Positions 18,430 through 28,340 of a stretch of 64,000 nucleotides of DNA are shown piece after piece. The notes under the pieces were generated by a model, which had not been told where the DNA came from, made no database searches, and saw only the letters and a program-made list of their open reading frames with translations. The stretch covers positions 194 to 64,193 of the forward strand of contig CAYUQI010000002.1 in assembly GCA_964446935.1 (NCBI GenBank), given 5' to 3'. This DNA is from an uncultured Pseudomonadota bacterium. Lineage in GTDB: Bacteria; Babelota; Babeliae; Babelales; RVW-14. The first letter of the stretch is position 1, and each line of letters starts with the position of its first letter. The position numbers and the translations under genes are program-made.

Positions 18430-19125
18430 ATGTATTTACTCGAAGGAAACATTGGCGTTGGTAAATCAACGTTTTTAAAATTGTTACAAAAGTTTTGTCC
18501 AGCAATCACCGTTATCCAAGAACCGCAGACTAACTGGTCTGGCCAGTCGTATGGGCAATCGTTACTTGGCCGTTTTTATGAAGATCCCAAGCGTTGGGCG
18601 TACACCATTGAGACCTTGGCGATGGTTAGTCGCATTAAGGATCATGATGAAGTTTTGGAACAAGGCAATCCTCATTGTCTCATGGAACGATCGGTGTATT
18701 CAGGTCACTACTGCTTTGCTTACAATGATTTTGCCAGTGGATACTTTAGTGACATGGAATGGGCAATTTATTCAAAAGTTGCCGATTTTTTATTACAAAA
18801 GAATATGCCACCATTGGGTTTTGTGTATTTGAAAGCTGATTCTCAAGCTTGTCTTGATCGCATTAAAAAACGTAATCGCAAAGGTGAAGAGAATATTACT
18901 TTTGATTATTTGGAACACATTGGCCGTTGGCATGACAAGTTTCTCATTGAACATGAAGGTGTTACTGAAAGCCTTAAACATGTGCCGGTGCTTGTGTTGG
19001 ATGCCAATTGCAATATTCTTGCTGATGAAGCTCGATTACTTGAATATATTAACAAAGTTGAACAGTTTATTTGCCAGCGACAGCCACGGGTTATTCAAAA
19101 TAAGATTCAAGAGCATTCGCTATAA
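18430..19125 (+). CDS. deoxynucleoside kinase
   Basis: P-loop EGNIGVGKST, the ERS motif (MERSVYS), and a size typical of the dAK/dGK/dCK family. Confidence 0.85.
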   Translation: MYLLEGNIGVGKSTFLKLLQKFCPAITVIQEPQTNWSGQSYGQSLLGRFYEDPKRWAYTIETLAMVSRIKDHDEVLEQGNPHCLMERSVYSGHYCFAYNDFASGYFSDMEWAIYSKVADFLLQKNMPPLGFVYLKADSQACLDRIKKRNRKGEENITFDYLEHIGRWHDKFLIEHEGVTESLKHVPVLVLDANCNILADEARLLEYINKVEQFICQRQPRVIQNKIQEHSL

Positions 19126-19145
19126 TCTGAATTTTAATTGATAAT

Positions 19146-19178
19146 AAAAATGCCCACGAGATAATCGTGGGCATTTTT
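19146..19178. terminator. bidirectional rho-independent terminator
   Basis: AAAAATGCCCACGA-gataa-TCGTGGGCATTTTT between convergent genes. Confidence 0.8.
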
Positions 19179-19200
19179 ACGTATATAAAGACGGAATGTT

Positions 19201-19728
19201 TTAGTGAATTGATTGGTTTCTAACGACAAATGCTTGAGAAAGTAGTAAATGGTCAAGGAACTCTACTGTTGCTTTTATTTCAATAATATCCTGTAAGCCA
19301 TAGCTTTTGTAGATCATTGCAAGTTTTTTGATAATGTTTTGATTGTTATATCCCTTCATTTCTTTCCATATAACAATCAAGTCCATAAGTACTACTATTC
19401 TGGATAGATTTTTTTGAGAACATGGGACTGTGACTCCATCAAAAGGATCCGCGTTGTCTTCGAGGATGTTTCTGATGGTTGGTGATGTGTTAGCGGCTGC
19501 ACGGGAGATGTATACAGTGCCATCAGTTCCGTAAAGGACGATCTTTTCGGGGGTGTTACAGTTGTTGGCAAAGGTACTACTTGATGATGAAGAACGGCTA
19601 TTCGCTTTTGCAGGATCTTCCCCGATACTGTCTATGATCATAGGATCATAATTTGAAAACATGGGGAATGCTGTTGTTGCGATTAAAGCAATATATGTTG
19701 CAGAAAAGACAATCTTTTTAAGTTTCAT
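19201..19728 (-). CDS. exported Skp1/BTB-POZ-like protein
   Basis: After a signal peptide and a Ser-rich linker comes IVLYGTDGTVYISRAAANTSPTIRNILED..VTVPCSQKNLSRIV. This parallels eukaryotic Skp1 [44 protein letters not shown]. Confidence 0.5.
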   Translation of the reverse strand: MKLKKIVFSATYIALIATTAFPMFSNYDPMIIDSIGEDPAKANSRSSSSSSTFANNCNTPEKIVLYGTDGTVYISRAAANTSPTIRNILEDNADPFDGVTVPCSQKNLSRIVVLMDLIVIWKEMKGYNNQNIIKKLAMIYKSYGLQDIIEIKATVEFLDHLLLSQAFVVRNQSIH

Positions 19729-19916
19729 AAATACCTCATAGTGGGGGGCAAGAGATTATAATGGTGGGCAGCTATAGTACTACTTTTGTTTGTGTAATTC
19801 AATAATGGCTGGTCGCATGAAGCCGTTGTTATTGAATGAACGATACTGTTGTGCTACTGATGATTGATATTACATACTTAACCAATCGTATTATAAGATA
19901 TGCGTGAAGAGAGAGG

Positions 19917-22583
19917 GTGATGATGAATAGTAACCGAGCATATGTTTTTATTGCATGTGTTATTTTTTTATTATGCGTAAGCAATTCCATTCATGCTCGT
20001 GATGTTGGGCAACGGTTTATTCTAACGTTGCCGGAACATGTTGCGCATAAACAACTTTGTTCGTGGCTCAGTAAAACTCGTCCAGCTGGCGTTATGTTGC
20101 AATCAAGTCATGTAGCCAATCGCATGGAGGCAAAAAAACTTATTACCTTTCTTCAAAAGGAAACAAAAAAGCTTGGATTGTTACCGCTGATCATAGCCAT
20201 TGATTGGGAAGGAGGCATTGTATCTCGTCCCAATGAAGAGGGGGACTTTGTTTCTGTGCCAAGTCCATGGTCATTGGCCAAAGGTGAGCGGAATGCCTGC
20301 TTTCTGGCTGGCATGCTTCTTGGTCATCAGATGCATAGTGTTGGTATAACCATGGATTTTGCACCATCGCTTGATGTGTTTGACCCTAACAATTGTGTGC
20401 TTGCTACTCGTTGCTTTTCTCATGATCCTGTAAAGATTGCTGAATATGCTACAGCATATGCTAAAGGATTGATGGTTTATGGTATTGTTCCAGTAATCAA
20501 ACATTTTCCTGGGCTTGGGGCAGGTAGGGCAGATACGCATTTTGCTAGCGTAGCAATCGCACAGCATGATAATGATTTTGAACGAAACATTCAACCGTTT
20601 AAGACATTGTTGCAAGATGGTATGCAATGTGTGATGACGACTCATGCGCGACATGCACAGTACGATGATGTGCCTGCCTCGTTGTCACGTCGTGCAGTCA
20701 ATGATATCAAAATACATAATCCCAATGCAGTGATTATTACCGATGATTTTTGCATGAAGGCTGTACAAGAGGGACGAACGCTTGAGCAAGCGGCTATGCA
20801 GGCGTGGGATGCTGGAGCACATATTATTATTTTTTCTGGAACAGCCAAACGTCAAATCGAATTGATTGAATCATTACAAAAAACCTATGATGCGTGGCCG
20901 AGTGATAAAAAACAGGATTTTGAACAGATGTGTAACCACATTGATTCATGTAAACATCAATGGATGTCGGCACCAGTTCAAATAATGCCTGAATTGAATG
21001 AATGTGAACTCGCTACCTATCTTGCACATCGATGTGTTACCGTTGATCACCCAATGCCTTTGCTTATCGGCAGACGTGTTGTGGTGGCATCGGTTGATCT
21101 ACCGCGTATTCGTCCGATGGAACAATGGTTTATGCACGATGCCCATACCCATTTGGCACAATTATTGGCGCAACAAGGTGTTGATGTTAGTGAATATGTG
21201 TACAATCCTCTTGATGAAACAAGCGTAGAGAAATTGAAAAACGACGTAGAAACTGATGAGTATGATTATATTGTTGTACAAACATTCTTTTACGGTGCTG
21301 GGAAATGGAATGATGTACAAAAAACTTGGTTACAAGTTCTGGAGCCGTTCCGGGACCGTGTGATTAGCGTGTCATTGGGACACCCATTAGAAAAACTTCT
21401 GTTACCGAGGGCTTATTGTATTGATGCTGGGTCATTTCATAAACCGTTACTCAAGCATGTGGAAGATTTGTTAACGAGGCAAACTGTTGTTGGTGCTAAT
21501 ACATTTGTACAAGGCCCGGGACGTTACCTGAACAACAAACGTTTCGGATTGTTGTGTAACAATGGGAGTGTTGTCTACAAAGATCAAGCAAGATGCTTTT
21601 TGCCTGATGTGTTATATCAGTGGACTGTTGATAGCAAGTGTGGTGCGAAACTTGCTGCGCTTCTAAGTCCGGAACATGGCTTGTTAGGTAACAGTTCTGC
21701 TGCAACACTCGTCTCATCTCAATCTTCATCCGTTTGGCATTGTCCTGTGCATTCGCTGCATGGCGATACCTTTAAGCCAAGCAGTGATATGATGCGTAAT
21801 CTTGATCTGGTGGTTATTGATCTTCCTGATGTTGGGGTCAGATGTTTTACCTATTTGAGCACCGTTGCGTATATGTTGCAAGCAGCCAAAACTGCAAACA
21901 TCCCTGTTCTTGTGCTTGATCGCCCTAATCCGTTGGCATGTTGGGGCGCTCAGGGACCTCGTCTTGATAAAAGTTGTGAATCATTTTTGGGTACGGTACA
22001 TACACCATTTTTGCATGGGTTAACGATCGGGACAATTGCGGAACAGGAAAATAAAAACATTGGCGCCGACCTTACAGTACTTTCATGTACGGGCGATGAT
22101 GCATTGTTTTTTAACCAACCGTTTATTCCTCCATCACCTAATTTACGAAGCATTGATCATGTGTATGCATATCCGTTGACGGTGTTGTTGGAGGGAACAA
22201 ATTATTCGGAGGGTCGCGGTACATTGTATCCCTTTGTGCAATTCGGGGCACCATGGGTTGATGCAGAGCAGTTGGCCACTCAGCTGAATAGCAAAAAACT
22301 ACCTGGTTTGTATTGTGAACCAATAACATTTCAGCCACGTTCGATGCCAAGAATTGCCGAAAATCCTAAACATAAGGGTAACCGCTGTCAGGGTGTGTTT
22401 ATTCATATTACAGATCATCAGAATGTTCAGCCGATCAAAACGGCAAAGACGATATTAAAAACGTTATTCCACTTGTATCCAGAACAATCACAGTTGTTAC
22501 GTAGTGGTAAGCGGTATATGTTGGATATCTTGATTGGAACGGAAAAGTGGAGAAAAGAGCTTGAACGACTAACTCTTAAGTGA
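19917..22583 (+). CDS. fusion of GH3 beta-N-acetylhexosaminidase (NagZ-like) and a DUF1343 (NamZ-like) domain
   Basis: N-terminal half: IAIDWEGGIVSR, KHFPGLGAGRADTHF (GH3 motifs). C-terminal half: FGLLCNNGSV..LLSPEHGLLGN..DLPDVGVRCFTY..LDRPNP (DUF1343 pattern). Signal-like N-terminus. Confidence 0.75.
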   Translation: MMMNSNRAYVFIACVIFLLCVSNSIHARDVGQRFILTLPEHVAHKQLCSWLSKTRPAGVMLQSSHVANRMEAKKLITFLQKETKKLGLLPLIIAIDWEGGIVSRPNEEGDFVSVPSPWSLAKGERNACFLAGMLLGHQMHSVGITMDFAPSLDVFDPNNCVLATRCFSHDPVKIAEYATAYAKGLMVYGIVPVIKHFPGLGAGRADTHFASVAIAQHDNDFERNIQPFKTLLQDGMQCVMTTHARHAQYDDVPASLSRRAVNDIKIHNPNAVIITDDFCMKAVQEGRTLEQAAMQAWDAGAHIIIFSGTAKRQIELIESLQKTYDAWPSDKKQDFEQMCNHIDSCKHQWMSAPVQIMPELNECELATYLAHRCVTVDHPMPLLIGRRVVVASVDLPRIRPMEQWFMHDAHTHLAQLLAQQGVDVSEYVYNPLDETSVEKLKNDVETDEYDYIVVQTFFYGAGKWNDVQKTWLQVLEPFRDRVISVSLGHPLEKLLLPRAYCIDAGSFHKPLLKHVEDLLTRQTVVGANTFVQGPGRYLNNKRFGLLCNNGSVVYKDQARCFLPDVLYQWTVDSKCGAKLAALLSPEHGLLGNSSAATLVSSQSSSVWHCPVHSLHGDTFKPSSDMMRNLDLVVIDLPDVGVRCFTYLSTVAYMLQAAKTANIPVLVLDRPNPLACWGAQGPRLDKSCESFLGTVHTPFLHGLTIGTIAEQENKNIGADLTVLSCTGDDALFFNQPFIPPSPNLRSIDHVYAYPLTVLLEGTNYSEGRGTLYPFVQFGAPWVDAEQLATQLNSKKLPGLYCEPITFQPRSMPRIAENPKHKGNRCQGVFIHITDHQNVQPIKTAKTILKTLFHLYPEQSQLLRSGKRYMLDILIGTEKWRKELERLTLK

Positions 22584-22631
22584 ACCAGGAATTTCAAGAA
22601 CACTAAAAAATAGTATGGGGACATGCAAATT

Positions 22632-22772
22632 TTGTCATGCTGCCCGTCCGCCGAAGCGGCCTCACCTTCGCCCAGGTGGCTACGGTGGCCGGCGCGAAGG
22701 CTGGGAACTTGTTTCAGCATCCAAGCTATTAGTGATAAAAGGGTGGATCCTGAAATAAATTCAGGATGACAA
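22632..22772. repeat. palindromic repeat element copy 2, interrupted by a 63-bp GC-rich insertion (22643-22705)
   Basis: Same termini and hairpins as 18114-18194. The first hairpin is split after TCATGCTG by cccgtccgccgaagcggcctcaccttcgcccaggtggctacggtggccggcgcgaaggctggg. Confidence 0.7.
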
Positions 22773-22847
22773 GGTGCTTGTCTGTTATGGCAGGGAGAGA
22801 CTTTTTTAAACGTGCTTAGCTACTACTAAATTAATTTCTTGATTCAC

Positions 22848-23969
22848 TTAACTCTTATACAAGATCGTAGCTCGCGTGAATGATGGTAATGTTCGCAAGT
22901 GATTCTTCATTGCCTGCTTGCTATAAAAGATGCCGCCAAAATAATCGAGTTGATAGAGGTTGTTAACGAAAGCGCCACCGGTGTCTGCTAAGATTCCAAG
23001 CCGCATTTCCTTACGTTTGGTCTGTGGATTCTGATGGGTAATGGCAATCAGTTTGCCTAATCCAATGTTATAAAGATCACCAGCAAAGATAACACTTTTG
23101 CGATTATTGAAACGTTGGATGATTTGTTGTCCTCGCTTGGATGAGGATTTGATTTCTCTAAAAAACCAATAGCGTTTTTGCGATAAAACATTCTTGTTTG
23201 CTCGTTGATAAGGGACGCCATTGTGACGATCGACATTCAATATTTTTTTGCTGCCGTCAGAAAAGGAAACGAGTACGGTTCCATGCATGAGAGCATCTTC
23301 CAGGTCCTGGCGATTGACCCACGCAAGTGCTTTACGTTTGTTACGATTGTTTTGTTTTTCAAGGATCCCTGCAAGAATTTGTTGTTTGGTATATGAATAT
23401 TGAATTGAATGATCCTGTAAATAATACAATCCACAAGGATACTGTGCTGTTTTTTTAACACTTCCCTTCGCTGTCATAATGCCATAGGAGGTAAGCCGAA
23501 TTTGTCCATCGTGAGGAAGCTTGACCGCCAGACGGGCTGCTCCCTGCCAGTCAGCATTCCATGCAATACCACCAAAGTTTTCTTCAATAAAGGCAGGATC
23601 GAGAATGCGATAGTTGCCAGTTTTTTTATCTGCCTCAATGGTTGCTATAACAAAACGTAATGTTTTTTTGACATCATATGCTGATAAAATGTCTCTAAAT
23701 CCTTCCGGATTAATGATATGGTCGCGTCCTGATTGGTGAATGTCGAAGTAATGAAGAGCATCTTTTGCTGCTTGGAGCAAGCGCAGTGGTTCGGTAACAA
23801 CTTGAACATGTGAGCATGTTAATGGTTTGTCTTTAAAAAATTTGTAAACTGGAAGATGATACGGTGAGGGTGGCCTGAAAAAGTTTCCGCTGGCATCATT
23901 ATCGACATGAAAACTGCTGAGATTAGCGAATGAACATGTGATTGCTATAAGATAAATAGACGTTTTCAT
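22848..23969 (-). CDS. mltA: MltA-like lytic murein transglycosylase
   Basis: C-terminal LGILADTGGAFVNNLYQLDYFGG resembles the MltA/3D-domain motif (..QDTGGAI..D.F.G). Signal-like MKTSIYLIAITCSFANL. Confidence 0.6.
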   Translation of the reverse strand: MKTSIYLIAITCSFANLSSFHVDNDASGNFFRPPSPYHLPVYKFFKDKPLTCSHVQVVTEPLRLLQAAKDALHYFDIHQSGRDHIINPEGFRDILSAYDVKKTLRFVIATIEADKKTGNYRILDPAFIEENFGGIAWNADWQGAARLAVKLPHDGQIRLTSYGIMTAKGSVKKTAQYPCGLYYLQDHSIQYSYTKQQILAGILEKQNNRNKRKALAWVNRQDLEDALMHGTVLVSFSDGSKKILNVDRHNGVPYQRANKNVLSQKRYWFFREIKSSSKRGQQIIQRFNNRKSVIFAGDLYNIGLGKLIAITHQNPQTKRKEMRLGILADTGGAFVNNLYQLDYFGGIFYSKQAMKNHLRTLPSFTRATILYKS

Positions 23970-24069
23970 ACATCCCCCGCCCCGCAAAGACTATGTTATT
24001 ATATTCTTTATTTAGTTAAGCAAGGTGCTTGATACAAAGTCAATAAGTTAAAGAGTTCTGGATTAAGTT

Positions 24070-24699
24070 ATGAAGCAGGCTGAAATAGGTATTATTTTAA
24101 AGAAATTATCCGGTTCAGCATCCTTTTCTATTGTTGGCAAATCGGTAGGAAGAATACACTTAGTAGTGTTGAATCCACTTTATGCACGTCGGCTGGTCCC
24201 TGGCGCTGTTATCTCGTTTGTTCCTCGGCAGTTCAATGGTGCTTGTTACATTGCTGAGCGTGCTACTTTGGACGTTCTGCATCTTTATCAAACATTGGAT
24301 ATGTATTGGTTGCATCATTTGTTCGAATTGTCTCATTTTTTTGTTCCGCTTAATCAGCCGCATGATGGACTGTTTATTTTTTTGCGACGTTGTATAGAAT
24401 TGCCTCCACGGTTTAAAGAGACCCCCGGCGTGTGGCTTTGTATGCAACGAATGAATATTGGAGCATTGTTAATGCTGCTGGGCTTTTTCCCGCCGCAGCC
24501 ATTGGAACAGAAATTACTCTATTTTTTAAAGATTATGGTAAGCGCAGAATCATCATGGTTAGAGCACTTGGATGCCTATATAGAAGAGCTTTATCAGGTA
24601 TCTGTAGTAGAACTTGATTCCTGGCTTGTCAAATGTATACACTCTCATCCAAATGTTTCTCTGTTTAAAACGCTTGATTTTATGTATAACAACCCTTAA
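24070..24699 (+). CDS. hypothetical protein (weak RecO-like impression)
   Basis: 209-aa ORF. The N-terminal beta-rich segment and helical remainder are only vaguely RecO-like. No zinc motif. Confidence 0.4.
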   Translation: MKQAEIGIILKKLSGSASFSIVGKSVGRIHLVVLNPLYARRLVPGAVISFVPRQFNGACYIAERATLDVLHLYQTLDMYWLHHLFELSHFFVPLNQPHDGLFIFLRRCIELPPRFKETPGVWLCMQRMNIGALLMLLGFFPPQPLEQKLLYFLKIMVSAESSWLEHLDAYIEELYQVSVVELDSWLVKCIHSHPNVSLFKTLDFMYNNP

Positions 24700-24719
24700 C
24701 CATAATTGTAAGGTATGCA

Positions 24720-27700
24720 ATGATTATTCGTAAATATCTACTTACATTGGCTTGGGTAATAAGCCTTGGTACTCTTCGCGCAGATTTTTTAGGTGTCCAG
24801 GTACCACAGACTGGTTTTGTTTTTGGGGGAAGTGTTGATGTACGAAAAACGCAATTGGTTGAGCTTGAAAAAGGCTTAGATCAGTTTAAAAAACGATATG
24901 ATGAATCGAAGAAAAAAAGTGCAAGCGAATTGAATAAAATATCATCTGAATTAAATGAAACGCAACAGAATTTAAATGAGGCGTCAGGACAAGGGGCTGA
25001 TTTACTCAATAAAAAGATAACCATTCTCCATGATCGAAGACAAAATTTGGCCGAGCTGCAAGATCTTTGGAAAGAATCATTGCAGTATCTTGAGTTGCAT
25101 ACCAAGCTCCTTAATGAAATTATTGATTTTATACAAATTTCAAGACCATCTCCAAAGCTTGCTTATGGCTGGAAAGAACTTCGCGAAGCACAGATCCGTG
25201 CGGTGGAAATGGGGATTAAGATTGATGCACTTAAAGAAAAACGTGAGAATATTAAAAAACAACGAGTTGCGGTTCAGGAACGACTTTCATCATTAGAGCG
25301 GCAGATAGAAGTAAAACAAAAAGAACAAGACAAAATTAATGCACAGCGTGAAAGTTCTGAAAAAGGAGCATATCTTGATTCAGCAATTCTTAAGCTTGAT
25401 GGAGATATTCTTATTAACGAACTTGCGGCGATTCAAGAAAAAATCCTGAAATTTAAATTGTTAATTGAAAAGCTTGATATTGAGGGTAAGTATCGGGACG
25501 ATGTCATTGAACTTGAACAAAACAAGTTGAATGAACAAAGGCTGTTGTTAGACCAAATCGAAGGACGCCTGGTTTTGGATTACAACGATGTTGAAATTGC
25601 TAAAAATGAATGGAAAAGTGAAGTTCAGAATACGCTTAATCTAAAAGAAAAAATCAATCAAATTTGTGAGCCAAAAAAATTAACAAGAGAAAAATTATCA
25701 CTTGATTTAGATGTTTTAAAACAACGGCTTAAAGATCTCAAGACGAAGGGGGTTAAAGACCGCGTTGTATATATGCAGCTCAAGGCTCAATACCAAAGAC
25801 TGTCTGCATTGTTGATGGCGCTCAATCAGGAAATAATGCTTTTGGACGCAGAACGTGATTTGGCAGAAATGCATCCCGCTGACAAAGAATTACAATTCAA
25901 TATGGTTGAATTGCGGTATAAACTTAAACTTGAGGTTGAAAATATTGATGTTCTTCTGGCAACATTTCAGAACAAGCGAGAACTTGCTGTTAGTTCCCTC
26001 AAGGCGTTACATGATCAGCAGAAAGAAGCAAGTACCTCATTGGTTGAAACCAAGCGAGCAAAGGAAAAAGTAACCAAATCAAAAAATAAAATACTTCATA
26101 AGGCATCGTTGCAACCAAAAAACAAACGTCATGTATATGCTGTTATTATGGGACTACTGGATGAAACACAACAGTTTTTGAATATGCATGTTGGGTTTAC
26201 AGAATCATTTATTGCGGTTAATGCTGATTTAATTACACAACAGCAAAGAATTGTGAACCAATATGATTTGATTATTAAAGAATTAGAAAAAATTCGCCGT
26301 ATGTATGGTGTATGGCGTCGGTCACCACAGGCGATATCACTTGAAGCCTTGGGACGATCATTGCTGGAAGCTGAGTCTTTCTTTAAAAAGTTGTATTGGG
26401 AAACTCCTACACGTCTAAACATTGTTACGGTTTTTCGCGCTGTGAGATCATGGCCTTTGTTTAATTATATTCTTATCATTCTTTTCTTTGTCATGTACCT
26501 TTTGTCCTTCATTGCTGTTCGCATAGGTTTAATGATTATGCGACAACGATTGCAAGCGATTGTTGATCGATATCAGGGATATGCGCGGTATATTTATTTG
26601 CATATTATTCTTGCAATGATCAATTTTGCTCTTGAATATTTTGTGCTCTTATTTACGTGGTTTTTTATTTTTCTTCATGTCGTGACTAATTTTAAATACC
26701 TTTTCGCAACACTCTCTCCTATTGCTAATCCCTATACCATAACGGTTTTCTACCTTCTATCCATACCATTATTGCTTTATTTGTCGCATCATTTTGTTGG
26801 TGCATTTAAGGATCTTAATAAAAAATTAAGTTATGTTTTCTTTGCTGAAACGTTTCAAGATAAATTTATTTTGCTTATTTCTGTTTTTTGTTACGCAACG
26901 TCAGTGTTGTTGCCGTTAAGACTTGCTATCCTTGCATATGCTGATATTGGTCAATCTGAGTTTGCAACTGTTATCTTGGCTGCATATTCTCTCACTATCA
27001 TTGTGGTCGCATTGCTCTTTTTCAGCAAAGAAGATGTATTGCGGTTGGTTCCGTCGCATACAACTTTTTTCATTTGGCTTAAACGAAAAATTGATAAACA
27101 TTACTATCCGGTTTTCCTCTTTTTTATGTTTTTGTTAGTCCTTTCAAATCCATACATTGGTTATTCAAATATGGCGTGGTTTTTGGCCTTTGCGGTTCCT
27201 TCGACAGTATTTTTGATGTATTTGCTTTTTGCCGTGCATTACTACATACGTAAATACGCACTTTTTATATTTATGAAAGAAGAAGACGAAGAAATCATTG
27301 ATAAATTTGAACATGCCAAAACCTATTATGGATTTTTTGTCATATTCTTGTTTTTGGTATTGATATTTGCAGCATCGATTATTGCTTTGCGTATCTGGGG
27401 TTTTGATTATAACCCTTCAGATTTGTGGAAAGTTCTCTCTGAGCAATGGGTTGTTCGAGTAGGTGTTAATAAATTTGGCTTTGTTGAATTGATGACGTTG
27501 GGACTTTTTATAACCGGTAGCTTTCTTTTGTCATCGCTGGTACACAAGTTTATTCTTAGTCGTCTCTTTGATATCTTGCGTTCTGAGCCAGGCATTCAAA
27601 ATACTATTTCACGTATTTTCCACTATGTAATTGTATTTTTGGCGATTGTAATGGGTTTATATGCCATTCATTTAGGGGATTTTATCTCGTGGGCATGGTT

Positions 27701-28298
27701 GTCCTTTAGCATCGTGTTTGGCTTGGCGATCAAAGATATTGTTATGGACTTTGTTGCTGGATTTTTTGTGCTTCTTGAACGTCCTATTGAGATCGGTAAT
27801 TACATTCAAATCGATGAGACGCAAGGAACGGTGCATAAAATTGCGGCACGTTCAACAACGATTATTACCTCACGAAATCATTCAATCATTATTCCCAACA
27901 AAGATTTAATAACCAAATGGATTATTAACTGGGGGCATGGACGGTTTGCTGTTGGCTTTGAACTCAACATTCGTGTTGATCTTAGATCCGATCCTGATTT
28001 GGTCAAAAAAGTTTTGGTTACTACTATTCAATCAAATCCGTTAATTCTCAAGGTTCCCGGTATTGTTGCTCGTTTGGAAGATATTGAGGAAAATGGGCTG
28101 TATTTCCTTGTGAGAGCCTTTATCAGTGCCAGAAGAGTAAAAGAACAATGGGAGTTGGCTGCATTGCTACGTTCTGAAATTATTAAGGCATTTAGGGAAA
28201 ATAATATTGTTTTGGCTAAACCTGCTCGTCTAATTGAGATGGAATCGGGGGTGGTGACACAGGGGCCAAAGGCCATTGAAATTAAGTTTGATAAATAG
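24720..28298 (+). CDS. MscK/MscM-like mechanosensitive channel with a large coiled-coil N-terminal domain
   Basis: Signal peptide, ~480-aa coiled-coil region and ~11 TM segments. MscS core: IKDIVMDFVAGFFVLLERPIEIGNYIQIDETQGTVHKIAARSTTI. Confidence 0.8.
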   Translation: MIIRKYLLTLAWVISLGTLRADFLGVQVPQTGFVFGGSVDVRKTQLVELEKGLDQFKKRYDESKKKSASELNKISSELNETQQNLNEASGQGADLLNKKITILHDRRQNLAELQDLWKESLQYLELHTKLLNEIIDFIQISRPSPKLAYGWKELREAQIRAVEMGIKIDALKEKRENIKKQRVAVQERLSSLERQIEVKQKEQDKINAQRESSEKGAYLDSAILKLDGDILINELAAIQEKILKFKLLIEKLDIEGKYRDDVIELEQNKLNEQRLLLDQIEGRLVLDYNDVEIAKNEWKSEVQNTLNLKEKINQICEPKKLTREKLSLDLDVLKQRLKDLKTKGVKDRVVYMQLKAQYQRLSALLMALNQEIMLLDAERDLAEMHPADKELQFNMVELRYKLKLEVENIDVLLATFQNKRELAVSSLKALHDQQKEASTSLVETKRAKEKVTKSKNKILHKASLQPKNKRHVYAVIMGLLDETQQFLNMHVGFTESFIAVNADLITQQQRIVNQYDLIIKELEKIRRMYGVWRRSPQAISLEALGRSLLEAESFFKKLYWETPTRLNIVTVFRAVRSWPLFNYILIILFFVMYLLSFIAVRIGLMIMRQRLQAIVDRYQGYARYIYLHIILAMINFALEYFVLLFTWFFIFLHVVTNFKYLFATLSPIANPYTITVFYLLSIPLLLYLSHHFVGAFKDLNKKLSYVFFAETFQDKFILLISVFCYATSVLLPLRLAILAYADIGQSEFATVILAAYSLTIIVVALLFFSKEDVLRLVPSHTTFFIWLKRKIDKHYYPVFLFFMFLLVLSNPYIGYSNMAWFLAFAVPSTVFLMYLLFAVHYYIRKYALFIFMKEEDEEIIDKFEHAKTYYGFFVIFLFLVLIFAASIIALRIWGFDYNPSDLWKVLSEQWVVRVGVNKFGFVELMTLGLFITGSFLLSSLVHKFILSRLFDILRSEPGIQNTISRIFHYVIVFLAIVMGLYAIHLGDFISWAWLSFSIVFGLAIKDIVMDFVAGFFVLLERPIEIGNYIQIDETQGTVHKIAARSTTIITSRNHSIIIPNKDLITKWIINWGHGRFAVGFELNIRVDLRSDPDLVKKVLVTTIQSNPLILKVPGIVARLEDIEENGLYFLVRAFISARRVKEQWELAALLRSEIIKAFRENNIVLAKPARLIEMESGVVTQGPKAIEIKFDK

Positions 28299-28305
28299 AT
28301 GGAGT

Positions 28306-28339
28306 AAGGGCGAGATTGTTACATCCCGCCCTTTTTTTG
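28306..28339. terminator. terminator hairpin between mscK-like and the F-box gene
   Basis: AAGGGCG...CGCCCTT followed by a T7 run. Confidence 0.6.
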
Positions 28340-28340
28340 T

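Noticed and set aside
22427-22720. Track ORF of 97 aa (-) spanning the end of the nagZ fusion and the repeat
   Set aside because: Its N-terminal part is simply the translated palindromic/GC-rich repeat (..GHRSHLGEGEAASADGQHDK..), a known type of repeat-derived pseudo-ORF.
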